Of a stretch of 64,000 nucleotides of DNA, positions 43,401 to 52,384 are shown piece by piece. The stretch lies in assembly GCA_963782055.1 (NCBI GenBank), contig CAWAIF010000002.1, positions 64,001 to 128,000 of the forward strand. Reading direction: 5' to 3'. Positions within the stretch are counted from its first letter, which is position 1; every line of letters starts with the position of its first letter. The translations under genes and the position numbers were made by a program. Below the pieces are notes generated by a model that saw nothing but the letters and a program-made list of their open reading frames with translations, was not told where the DNA came from and did not search any database. The DNA comes from an uncultured delta proteobacterium (GTDB lineage: Bacteria > Myxococcota_A > Polyangia > Polyangiales > Polyangiaceae).

Positions 43401-44148
43401 CATGCATCGTGACCGCGCGCCCCTCCCTGTCGGAGTCGAAGTCGCGGTACTTGCCGTCGTCGATGGCCAGCGTGCCATCGAACCACACGCGCACCGCGCC
43501 GGAGCTGCCGACCCAGAGCGTCGCGCGGCGGCTCCGCCCGGCGGCCAGCTTCGGATCGCGCACCAGGGTGGTCGCGTAGACGCACACGTTCTCGGTCGGG
43601 CGCACGAGCGCGCCGGTGTCGACCCAGCCGTAGGGCGAGCGGCCCGGCGAGACGCGCCACTTCACCTTCCGCTCCTTGCCCTCGTACGTCTTCGTGAAGA
43701 TCGCGCCGTCGGCGGCGGTCTCCGGCTGGAAGGCGCGGGTGAGCCCCGTCTTGCCCTCGTTGTCGAAGGACCCGACGATCGCCCACTTGCCGACGTAGCC
43801 GAGCGCGGCGATGCGCGACCGGGCGCCGTCCAGGTCCCCGCGGCGGCGGCGGGCGTAGGCCTGCAGGAGCTCGGCGTAGACGCGCGTGGCCCCGCGGCGG
43901 GCGTGGGCGATGGCGTCCAGCGACGCCTCCACCTCAGCCGGGTCCCCCCGGTCCCACTGCAGCCAGACGCGCCGCATGGCCGCGTAGGACTGGGCGTCGG
44001 GGGCCCGCTCCGCCTCGGCCGTGAGGCGAGCCAGGCGGGGGAGGTGATCGCCCACGTCGGCCCGGGCGGGGCTGACGCCGGCGGCGGTAGCGACGAGGAC
44101 GACGGCCGCGATCAGACCGAGAGGTGCGCGCACGGCACGCAGTCTCAT
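40402..44148 (-). CDS. Large exported TPR protein with DUF3857 and transglutaminase-like domains
   Basis: Signal peptide ARA-D; PA14-like GSFDN...VRVWFDG...GYNRILVKV; TPRs; LSAGDVVE; RYVALEFG, catalytic GDCKDKA, FDHAI and LDGT. Confidence 0.88.
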   Translation of the reverse strand: MRLRAVRAPLGLIAAVVLVATAAGVSPARADVGDHLPRLARLTAEAERAPDAQSYAAMRRVWLQWDRGDPAEVEASLDAIAHARRGATRVYAELLQAYARRRRGDLDGARSRIAALGYVGKWAIVGSFDNEGKTGLTRAFQPETAADGAIFTKTYEGKERKVKWRVSPGRSPYGWVDTGALVRPTENVCVYATTLVRDPKLAAGRSRRATLWVGSSGAVRVWFDGTLAIDDGKYRDFDSDREGRAVTMHAGYNRILVKVCGSGSAPVFALRVGAADGSPDPSVEADVEAAHFADAQATWASKAPLPAGGVLGPLAALEKAARGAGTGKKDATGAEAYGGSPATLEADAEYLVLTQSDDESDHLARDLATRAATKAPTVRRLLLAAQLVEGRNQSAEWIAKAEALVKKGGVSSEDRIHTLLARAAHERSGTNWRDAVPYYDRVLAIDPDNVAAVLARVELYGEANLRATALTFLRHALARRPRSVALVRAMVDSLRQEDRTTEADEMEDRYAQLRFDDSTFLQGRIDLAVARRDTQAAQRWIDRLVATDPDGTDKLVSAAQAYVTLGNRARAVALYKLALQHAPEDVDTMTGLADLYALGGEQGEQVALLKKVLALRPQDKDVREHLAHLEPSKPRPDEAYALPSKTFLAWRGAPAAGRDRRTLVDLTVTTVFPNGLSSKFHQVVFQPLTDRAAQSSRVYAFAYETDSQAVQLRGVHVYRKSGEVDDTFDSSVGGADDPSIATYTSSATYRVQFPRLSAGDVVELDYRVEDVAQRNAFADYFGDVGYLQSDEPLHHAEYVLLTPKTRTFYFNQPKVPGLHKTVQDKGDTRVYRFVAENVPPIEPEPNQPPYTELLGHVHVSTYKSWDEMGAWYWGLVKDQFTADDEVRRRVAMVTKGKKTDIEKVRAIYDYVVQKTRYVALEFGIHGFKPYRCAQIFARGYGDCKDKATLIVTMLQEAGIPATIVIVRTGLRGDFEDYPASLAPFDHAIAYVPSLDMYLDGTAEYTGSTELPAMDRGALALQVNQGKPKLVHLPQPPASASVVSRSIVATLAPDGSAQLDWSGSVTGAAAASWRVRYHADATRKDRVQEDLGSDLSGLAVQSVQANDLEDVETPPSLKVRGKVAAFARKDGTSLSVPVGPSEHMVRDFASLSTRKLDLRFHARTTSETDYVVKLPPGAKVLSSPSPSSSTSPFGSHHVTVETVPGGVHVHTTVVFSKMRIPVAEYPAFRAWCEQVDKGLGQRLLVGGAK

Positions 44149-44287
44149 CCCGCGGTGTCGGTCAGGCAAGCCCAGACGCGGCCGGGGCGCAGCTCTGGCG
44201 GAGAGCCCTCTTCCCCCGGACCAAGAGGACGAAGTAGGCTCCTTTTTGTGGCATTTCGCCTGGCGCGCGGTATGACGACGCGGTGCG

Positions 44288-45307
<1,020 letters not shown>

Positions 45308-45311
45308 GGCC

Positions 45312-46094
45312 TCAGAGCACCAGGACCCAGACGTCGTAGAGGGCGTGGGCCCACACGGCGGCCGCGAAGCCGCGGAATGCGTAGATGAGGCTCAGGAAGA
45401 CGCCGAGCACCATCCGGAAGATGAAGGTCTGGAGCTGGAAGGGATCCCCCAGCGGGCCGATGTAGTGGACGGCGCTGAAGACGGCGGCGGAGACGAGTCC
45501 CCAGGCGACGGTGATCATCGCCGACTTGAAGGTGAAGCCGGAGCCCTTGGCCACGCTGACCTTCTGCCGCGTGAGCAGCCACACCAGGAGCTTGCTGCCC
45601 AGGCCGAAGAGCAGGACCCGGTAGGTCACCTCCTCGTAGAAGCCGGCGCCCATCGACATGATGAAGCCCGGGAAGCCGCCGAGGGTGATCTTGCCCGCGA
45701 AGAGGGAGCCCACGACGTACGCCCCGCCCAGCCGCATGAGCAGCGCGTAGACCACCCCCTCCAGCGCGATCTGCAGGAACTTGCGCGCGCGGAAGGCCTG
45801 CCCGCGTCCGAGCCAGGTGAAGATGCCGGCCAGGACCACGCCGATCGCCGCGGTGAAGATCAGGTAGAGCGCGCGGCTGCCCTCGGCGAGCTGCAGCACC
45901 AGCCCCGTCACCACGTCGGAGGCGTTCTGCACGTTCAAGAAGACGACGCCGAGCTGGTAGGCGAGAAAGACGGGGAGCGTCAGTCCCAGGTCCACCCACG
46001 GCCCCGGCCGCGCCGTCAGCTTGCTCCCGGCGGGAGGGCTGGCCTTCGGCGCGCGGCCTGCGGCGGGCGAGAGCGCGGGCGCGTCGTCGGTCAT
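45312..46094 (-). CDS. CPBP family intramembrane glutamic endopeptidase
   Basis: GAGFYEEVTYR, FSAVHY and AVWAHALYD motifs; multiple TM helices. Confidence 0.88.
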   Translation of the reverse strand: MTDDAPALSPAAGRAPKASPPAGSKLTARPGPWVDLGLTLPVFLAYQLGVVFLNVQNASDVVTGLVLQLAEGSRALYLIFTAAIGVVLAGIFTWLGRGQAFRARKFLQIALEGVVYALLMRLGGAYVVGSLFAGKITLGGFPGFIMSMGAGFYEEVTYRVLLFGLGSKLLVWLLTRQKVSVAKGSGFTFKSAMITVAWGLVSAAVFSAVHYIGPLGDPFQLQTFIFRMVLGVFLSLIYAFRGFAAAVWAHALYDVWVLVL

Positions 46095-46125
46095 GCCCGA
46101 AGCATGGCCCTTCCGGCGGTGCGTC

Positions 46126-46542
46126 TCAAACTTCCTGATCGTCCTCGCCGGCGATCTCGTCGAAGCGGGCCTGCCACGAGCGCAGAGACGGCGAGCTCTC
46201 CGCCTCCAGGTCCAGCACTTCGTCGCTCTCGCAGTCCACCGCGCTCGCCCCGAGGGCGGTCGCGGAGGTGCGCAGCACGCCGTACGCCGCGTCGGAGCCC
46301 AGGATGTGGACCAGCACGTGGTCGAGCACCTCGGCGGGCCCCAGCTCCAGCTCCACCACGAAGTCGTCCTCCCTGACCACGGCCAGGAAGGTGCCGAGCG
46401 GCTCCAGCGCGGGCAGCGCGTCGGACAGCGCCCGCGCCACCTGCTCTCGCGGCCCGAGCGGATGGGGCGCAAAGTCCGCGGGGAGCTCGCGCAAGGACGC
46501 CGTCCCCTCGGGCAGGCGGAGCAAGAGCACGTCCCACGTCAT
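46126..46542 (-). CDS. Hypothetical protein
   Basis: 138-aa acidic ORF with typical codon bias (MTWDVLLLRLP...PLGPREQV). Confidence 0.65.
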   Translation of the reverse strand: MTWDVLLLRLPEGTASLRELPADFAPHPLGPREQVARALSDALPALEPLGTFLAVVREDDFVVELELGPAEVLDHVLVHILGSDAAYGVLRTSATALGASAVDCESDEVLDLEAESSPSLRSWQARFDEIAGEDDQEV

Positions 46543-46627
46543 CGCGGCCTGATACGCCGCGCGGTGGACGACCTTCCCTTAACCCGGGCGGCCAGCGCGC
46601 CGTTTCTAGGGGGGTGAGGAGCTGCCC

Positions 46628-46927
46628 ATGACCGCACCCGAGCCCATGCTCATCGAGCTGCTTACCGTGACCCGCGAGCTCGTGGAGCTCGGCGACGATG
46701 GGCTCGCCGACCCCCCGTCCCAGCGCTGCGCCGTGCTGCGCCTGCGCCAGAAGGCACTCTTCGAGCTGCTCTACGTGACCATCGAGCGCTCCCGGCAGAC
46801 CGACGCCGCCGATCTCGTCGAGCAGCGCGAGGAGGAGCGGCGGAGCCGCCCCACGGTCAGGCCGGCGAGCCGGAGCTCGCGGCGGCCTGTGAGCCAGGTC
46901 CGGTGCGTGGACCGCCGCTCGTCATAG
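46628..46927 (+). CDS. Hypothetical protein
   Basis: RBS GAGGAG upstream of the ATG; 99-aa helical ORF. Confidence 0.5.
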   Translation: MTAPEPMLIELLTVTRELVELGDDGLADPPSQRCAVLRLRQKALFELLYVTIERSRQTDAADLVEQREEERRSRPTVRPASRSSRRPVSQVRCVDRRSS

Positions 46928-48652
46928 GAGGCGCAGCGCCTCCACGCAGAAGGCGAGCACACGCTCGCCGGCGCCCAGGTGCGCCATCGTCGCGTGGAGG
47001 GTGGCCTCCGGACGCAGCGCGTCGGCCCAGCGCCTGTCCAGGCCCAGAAGGGCGATCGCCGCGTCCAGCCAGCTCCCCGGCGCGGGGGTGCGCGGCACGG
47101 GCAGCGGCAGGACGCGCGTCAACGGCGGCCGCACCGTCGCCGGCTCCAGCCGCGCCCCGGCGGGGCCGACCCGCGCGCGCACGGCGGCGAGCGCCGTCCG
47201 GAACCCGCCCAGCTCGTCCACCAGGCCGTGCGCCAGCGCCGCCCGTCCCGTCCAGACGCGCCCGCGGGCGACGCGGTCGATCTCCTCCGCGGACCGCTTG
47301 CGCCCCTGCGCCACCACGCCCACGAAGGCGTCGTAGACGCCGCGCATCTCGCCGAGCAGCGCCTCGCGGTCGCTCTCGGTGATCTTGCGCAGCGGGTCGA
47401 GCAGGCTCGCGCGCGCCCCCCGCGAGAGCGTCTCGGTGGTCACGCCCAGCCGGTCGAGCAGCGCGTCGGCCGACAGCCGCGCGGAGACCACGCCGATGGA
47501 CCCGGTGATGGTGGTGGGCTGCGCGACGACGTGGTGCGCCGCCGCCGCCACGTAGTACCCGCCGCTCGCCGCCACGTTGGTGAAGCAGGCCACGACCGGC
47601 TTCTCGCGGGCGAGCTGCGCGACCTCGTGGTGGATGCGGTCGGAGGCGAGGGCGCCGCCGCCGGGGGAGTCGACGTGGAGCACCACGCCGCGCACGCGCT
47701 TGCTCGCCCGCGCCACGCGCAGGGCCGCCATCACCCGCTCGTCCATGGCCAGGGGACCCACGCCCCCCGCGATGACGCCGTGCACTCCGACCACGCCGAT
47801 CACCGGCGGCCGGACCAGCCGAGGGAGCAGCCGGCTCCGCTTCCCGCGGAGGTAGCGCGTCGCGTGCATGATGGGCGCCGCGCCCTTCTGGTCCGTGAGC
47901 CACGCCGGCAGCTCGTCGTCGTAGAGGGCGGCGTCCACCAGCCCGAGCTCCACCGCGCGCGACGCCCGGTGCGGCGAGTCGTCAATGACCGCGCGCGCCT
48001 GCTCCTCGGTCATGCCGCGGCCGTGCACCAGCGCATCCAGCAGCGCGCCGTGCATCTCGTCCAGGATGGCGCCCACCTGCTCGCGCTGGGCGTCGCTCAT
48101 CCCGTCGCGCACGAGCGCCTCCCCCGCGCTCTTGTACTCCCCGCACGCGAGCACCGCCGGCTCCACGCCCACCTTCGCCAGCGCGCGCTTCACGTACCGC
48201 GCCGCGCTGGCGAAGCCCACCGGCGCCAGCGCCGCCTGCGGCCCCATCACCACGCGGGTCGCCGCCGACGCCACGTACACCTCCTTCGACCCGCCGCCTT
48301 GCGGCAGGTGGACCACCACCTCCTTGCCCAGCTCACGCGCGCGCGCGAGCACGTTGCGCAGGGAGGTGGCGGTCGCCATCCCGGCGTGGAGCGGCTGGAG
48401 CATCACCAGGAGCCCGCGGACGCGCGGGTCGCCGTCCATGGCGTCCACCAGCGTCTCCAGCGCGTGCAGCGAGGTGACGCCCCGCCCGGCCCACCGCGCG
48501 AGGAAGCGCGAGGGCGGGAGATCTGCCACCGCTCCGTCGATCTCCACCAGCAGCCACGCGCCGCGCGTCACGCGGCCGCGCAAGACCCAGAAGGGCAGCC
48601 AGACCGGCAGCGTCACCAGGCGCACGACGAACCAGAGCAGGCGAGGGATCAT
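46922..48652 (-). CDS. sppA: Signal peptide peptidase SppA (S49, two-domain)
   Basis: GEYKSAGE, HVDSPGGGALASD, AASGGYY, TITGSIGV, GRVWTG, GLVDELGG. Confidence 0.9.
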   Translation of the reverse strand: MIPRLLWFVVRLVTLPVWLPFWVLRGRVTRGAWLLVEIDGAVADLPPSRFLARWAGRGVTSLHALETLVDAMDGDPRVRGLLVMLQPLHAGMATATSLRNVLARARELGKEVVVHLPQGGGSKEVYVASAATRVVMGPQAALAPVGFASAARYVKRALAKVGVEPAVLACGEYKSAGEALVRDGMSDAQREQVGAILDEMHGALLDALVHGRGMTEEQARAVIDDSPHRASRAVELGLVDAALYDDELPAWLTDQKGAAPIMHATRYLRGKRSRLLPRLVRPPVIGVVGVHGVIAGGVGPLAMDERVMAALRVARASKRVRGVVLHVDSPGGGALASDRIHHEVAQLAREKPVVACFTNVAASGGYYVAAAAHHVVAQPTTITGSIGVVSARLSADALLDRLGVTTETLSRGARASLLDPLRKITESDREALLGEMRGVYDAFVGVVAQGRKRSAEEIDRVARGRVWTGRAALAHGLVDELGGFRTALAAVRARVGPAGARLEPATVRPPLTRVLPLPVPRTPAPGSWLDAAIALLGLDRRWADALRPEATLHATMAHLGAGERVLAFCVEALRLL

Positions 48653-48697
48653 GGGGCGAAGGGTAGGTCGCCGCGCCCGCCCCGGCCACGAAAGCGA

Positions 48698-49204
48698 TCA
48701 CTCCTCCGCCTGCCGGAGGGTGCGCGTGAGCAGCACCCGGAAATGGCCCGCGCGGGGCTCCCAGCGATGACCCGCGGGGACGTCGGTCTCGAAGAGGACG
48801 AGCTTCATCTCCGCCGCGTACCGGGTGCCCGCCTGCGGGATGCCGTCCTGGCGTGTGTTCCACACCGACTGACCCACGTCGAAGGACGTCCCGGAGGTGT
48901 AGCCGCGGCGCGGCGCCCCCGCCGTGCCGTGTCCGTCGCGCGGGAACACCCGGGTCTCCGACTCCACCCCCAGCACCATGCCCGGGTCCGCGCGCACCGT
49001 CGTGTCGGCGCCCGCCGCCGGGTCGATCTCGACCGAGAGCGTGTCCAGCCCGCGGGCGAGGCGGAGCGCGCCCGGGACGCGCACGGCGATCGCCCCCGAC
49101 GCCGTCGCGTCCCCCGCGGGTGAGCCCGCCGTCTCCCGGCACGCCGCCAGCGAGGCGGCGCACGCCACGAGAATGAAGATCCGTCTCCCGGGTGCCCGAG
49201 CCAT
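48698..49204 (-). CDS. Hypothetical lipoprotein
   Basis: RRIFILVACAASLAAC lipobox; C-terminal LFETDVPAGHRWEP. Confidence 0.6.
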   Translation of the reverse strand: MARAPGRRIFILVACAASLAACRETAGSPAGDATASGAIAVRVPGALRLARGLDTLSVEIDPAAGADTTVRADPGMVLGVESETRVFPRDGHGTAGAPRRGYTSGTSFDVGQSVWNTRQDGIPQAGTRYAAEMKLVLFETDVPAGHRWEPRAGHFRVLLTRTLRQAEE

Positions 49205-49287
49205 GAGACAGGCTAGCGCGATCGGAGGCTGGAAGACCCGGCGCGGGTGCTAGCCTGGTCGCCTCACCGAGCGAGGCCAGTGATCCT

Positions 49288-50766
49288 GTGACCCAAGCCA
49301 CCGAATCCGTGCCGGCCGGAGGCCCCGGCGGCAGCGAGAACGCCCCCGCCACGTCGCTGCGAGCCTACATGCTCATCGTCGCCGTCGGCGCCTTCGCGAC
49401 GACGTTCGCGCAGCAGCGCGTGACGCTCGGCAACTACCCCATCCTCTTCCACCTGAAGAACAACCTGCACTTCAGCCGGCAGCAGGTGAGCACGTTCTTT
49501 CTCTGGGCGACCTTCGCGTGGAACGTCAAGCCGCTCGCCGGCGTCCTCACCGACGCCTTCCCCATCCGCGGCTCGCGGCGGCGCGTGTACATGATCCTCG
49601 GCGGCCTCGTCGGCGGCGTCGCGTGGGCCGTGCTGAACTTCGTCCGCTTCGACTACTCGCTCTTCCTCGCCACCTCGGTCCTGCTCAACGTCGGCCTGGT
49701 CTTCGGCAGCACCGCGATGGGCGGCCTCCAGGTCGAGGCCGGCCAGGTCTACGGCGTGTCCGGGCGCGTGTCGTCGCTGCGGCAGGTGGTCATGTCGGCG
49801 TCGGGGATCGCGGGGCCGCTCATCGGCGGCTTCCTCGCCGAGCGCTGGTTCGGGTACACGGCGGGCGTCGGCGCCTTCGTGATGCTCATGCTCGCGGTCT
49901 TCGCCTTCGCCTTCTTCCACGAGCCGCGTCTGCCCCCCCCGCCGAAGGTGAGCGACGAGGACCTGACGCGCCCGCGCTACAGGCCAACGCCGGCGATCCT
50001 CGTGGCGATCGTCGTGATCGCCAGCGCGGGGACGGTGGGCGTCATGGTCCACGGGATGCTCAACATCGGGCTGTCGCTCTTCGCGCTGCTCGCCGTGTTC
50101 CTCCTCGTCCTCGGCCTCGCGATGGCGCGCGTGCGCAACGCCGTGCTCTTCAAGGCGCAGGGGCAGCTCTCGCAGATCTTGAGCTCCAGGACGCTCTGGC
50201 TCGCAGTCGGCATGTTGCTCCTCGTGTACATGGTGCCCGGCCTGTACACCGCGCTCACCTTCCGGCAGAGCGACAAGCTGCACTTCTCCGACCACTTCAT
50301 CGGCACCCTCGCGAGCATCGAGGGGGGCTCGGGTGTCCTCTGCGCCATCCTCTACGCGGTCATCTGCCGCAGGTTCACCCTGCGCACGCTGCTCATCGGC
50401 GCGATCGGCCTCAACGCCGTGGCCACGCTGCTCTACCTCGTCTACAACGCGCACACCGCGATGTACGTCCACGCGACGGTCGGCGGCATCGGCGTGATGG
50501 CGGAGCTCTCCCTGATGGACCTCTCGGTGCGCTCCACCCCGCGCGGGTGCGAGGCGCTCGGCTTCGCCCTGATGATGAGCGTCCGCAACTTCGGCATCGG
50601 CGTGAGCGACGTCGTGGGCTCCAAGCTGATGGACCAGCTCCACTTCCGGTTCAGCACGCTGGTGCTCATCAACGCCGGCACCACCTTGCTGGTGCTCGCC
50701 TTCGTCCCGCTGTTGCAGAAGTCCCTCGTCAATCGCAAGGAAGGCGAGATCGGCGACGCGGCGTGA
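49288..50766 (+). CDS. MFS transporter, folate-biopterin transporter (BT1)-like
   Basis: WNVKPLAGVLTDAFPIRGSRRRVY and P.GCEALGFALMMSV.N motifs; 12+ TM helices. Confidence 0.8.
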   Translation: MTQATESVPAGGPGGSENAPATSLRAYMLIVAVGAFATTFAQQRVTLGNYPILFHLKNNLHFSRQQVSTFFLWATFAWNVKPLAGVLTDAFPIRGSRRRVYMILGGLVGGVAWAVLNFVRFDYSLFLATSVLLNVGLVFGSTAMGGLQVEAGQVYGVSGRVSSLRQVVMSASGIAGPLIGGFLAERWFGYTAGVGAFVMLMLAVFAFAFFHEPRLPPPPKVSDEDLTRPRYRPTPAILVAIVVIASAGTVGVMVHGMLNIGLSLFALLAVFLLVLGLAMARVRNAVLFKAQGQLSQILSSRTLWLAVGMLLLVYMVPGLYTALTFRQSDKLHFSDHFIGTLASIEGGSGVLCAILYAVICRRFTLRTLLIGAIGLNAVATLLYLVYNAHTAMYVHATVGGIGVMAELSLMDLSVRSTPRGCEALGFALMMSVRNFGIGVSDVVGSKLMDQLHFRFSTLVLINAGTTLLVLAFVPLLQKSLVNRKEGEIGDAA

Positions 50767-50962
50767 TCGCGCAGGACGACCTGCCCGACGTGGACCGCGA
50801 GAGCGGCACGGCGTTCGGCTTCCGGGGCGGGGACTCCTGGCCGTGCACCACGCCCGACGTGCAGACCGCCACGCGCTACGACCCCGCGACCGAGACGGCG
50901 ATCACGACCGCCACGACTCCGCGCCCATCGTCGGCGCCGGCGTCTCCACCTGCGCGCCGAAC

Positions 50963-52297
50963 CTACGCGGCGCCCCCCGCGTGCTTCTGCGGAAGGCTCA
51001 CGCGGATCGTCCGTCCGGTGAGCTTGCGGTAGACCGTCTCCACCGTCACCGAGAGTCCCACCAGGGCCGCGAGGACCCACAGCCGCGCGGGCGCGGTGGT
51101 GGCCGTCTCCCAGACGAGCGCGGCGAGCGCGGCGAGGCACGCGACGACGCCCACGACACCAATCCACCGGCGCGCGCCGGTCTCTGCGGCGAGGCGCACG
51201 TTCGCCGCGTTGACGGCGGCGAAGACGAGGAGGAAGCCGGCGCTCCCCATCGTGGAGATGCTGGAGAGGTCGAGCAGGTTGGACACGAGCAGCGCCGCCC
51301 CCGCCGTCAGCAGCAGACCCTCCGCGGGCTCGCTCCAGATCTTCTTCTCCAGCGCCTCCGGGAGCTCTCCGTCCTTGGCCATGACGTAGCTCAGCCTCGC
51401 CGACCCGTAGAGGGTGGCGTTGATGGCGGACGCGGTGGAGAGCATCGCGGCGACGGCGATCAGCGTGAAGCCGGCCTGGCCGAGGAAGGGGCGCGCCGCG
51501 GCCGCGAGGGCGTAGTCCTTCGCGTCGACGATGCGCGCGACGGGCAGGTTGCCCACCGTCACGATCGCGACGAGCACGTACAGGGCGATCACGAACCCCA
51601 CCGACACGAAGAGCGCCCGCGGGATGGTCTTGCCCGGATCGCGCGCGTCCCCCGCGGCGTTGGCGATCAGCTCGAACCCCTCGTAGGCGAGGAAGATGAT
51701 CATGCCGCCGGCGGCGAGGTGAAAGGGCGACTCCCACGTCGCGGGGGCGAGCCGCGCGGTCTGGACGCCGGACATCCCCACCGCCACGAAGAAGAGGAGG
51801 ATGGCGATCTTGATCCCTACGATCCAGTCCTCCACCTTCCCCACCACCTCCGCGCTCAGCAGGTTGAGCCCGGCGATCACGACGATGGCGCCGCTGACGA
51901 GGACGTGCTTCCACACGCCCTGCGTGCCGGCGGGGAAAAACGTCGCCCCGTAGCTCCCGAAGGCGAAGGCGTAGAGGGAGAGCATGACGATGTAGCTGAG
52001 CCACAGGAGGACGTTGAGCGATCCGGTGACGGACCCCTCGCCGAAGGCGCGGTTGAGATACGAGACCGTCCCTCCCTGGCCGGGGAACGTCACGGCCAGA
52101 CGGCTGTAGGAGTAGGCCGTCACCAGCGCCACCGCGCCGGCGACGAGAAAGGCGACCGGGGTGCCGCCGCCGGCGAGCTTCACCGCCAGGCCGAGCACGG
52201 CGAAGATCCCCCCGCCGACCATCCCCCCCACGCCGATGGATGTGGCCTCGAGGAGGCCGACGCCTCCGGATCGCTTCGCCGCGCCACGCGCGCTCAT
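50963..52297 (-). CDS. APC family amino acid permease
   Basis: GVGGMVGGGIFAVLG, YEGFELIAN, STASAINATLYG; 12 TM helices. Confidence 0.9.
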   Translation of the reverse strand: MSARGAAKRSGGVGLLEATSIGVGGMVGGGIFAVLGLAVKLAGGGTPVAFLVAGAVALVTAYSYSRLAVTFPGQGGTVSYLNRAFGEGSVTGSLNVLLWLSYIVMLSLYAFAFGSYGATFFPAGTQGVWKHVLVSGAIVVIAGLNLLSAEVVGKVEDWIVGIKIAILLFFVAVGMSGVQTARLAPATWESPFHLAAGGMIIFLAYEGFELIANAAGDARDPGKTIPRALFVSVGFVIALYVLVAIVTVGNLPVARIVDAKDYALAAAARPFLGQAGFTLIAVAAMLSTASAINATLYGSARLSYVMAKDGELPEALEKKIWSEPAEGLLLTAGAALLVSNLLDLSSISTMGSAGFLLVFAAVNAANVRLAAETGARRWIGVVGVVACLAALAALVWETATTAPARLWVLAALVGLSVTVETVYRKLTGRTIRVSLPQKHAGGAA

Positions 52298-52384
52298 CGT
52301 CACCTCCGTGCGCTCGCAGGAGCTTGGATGTCACGCGCCGCCCGCGCGTCCCGGCGCGCGCAGGAAATGCTCACCCGGGAGCGG

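Noticed and set aside
36641..43786. 2381-aa ORF in the track as one giant protein
   Set aside because: Its first ~1100 aa are an Arg/Gly-rich off-frame reading of the 40402..44148 gene; the real protein starts at the lipoprotein signal at 40405.
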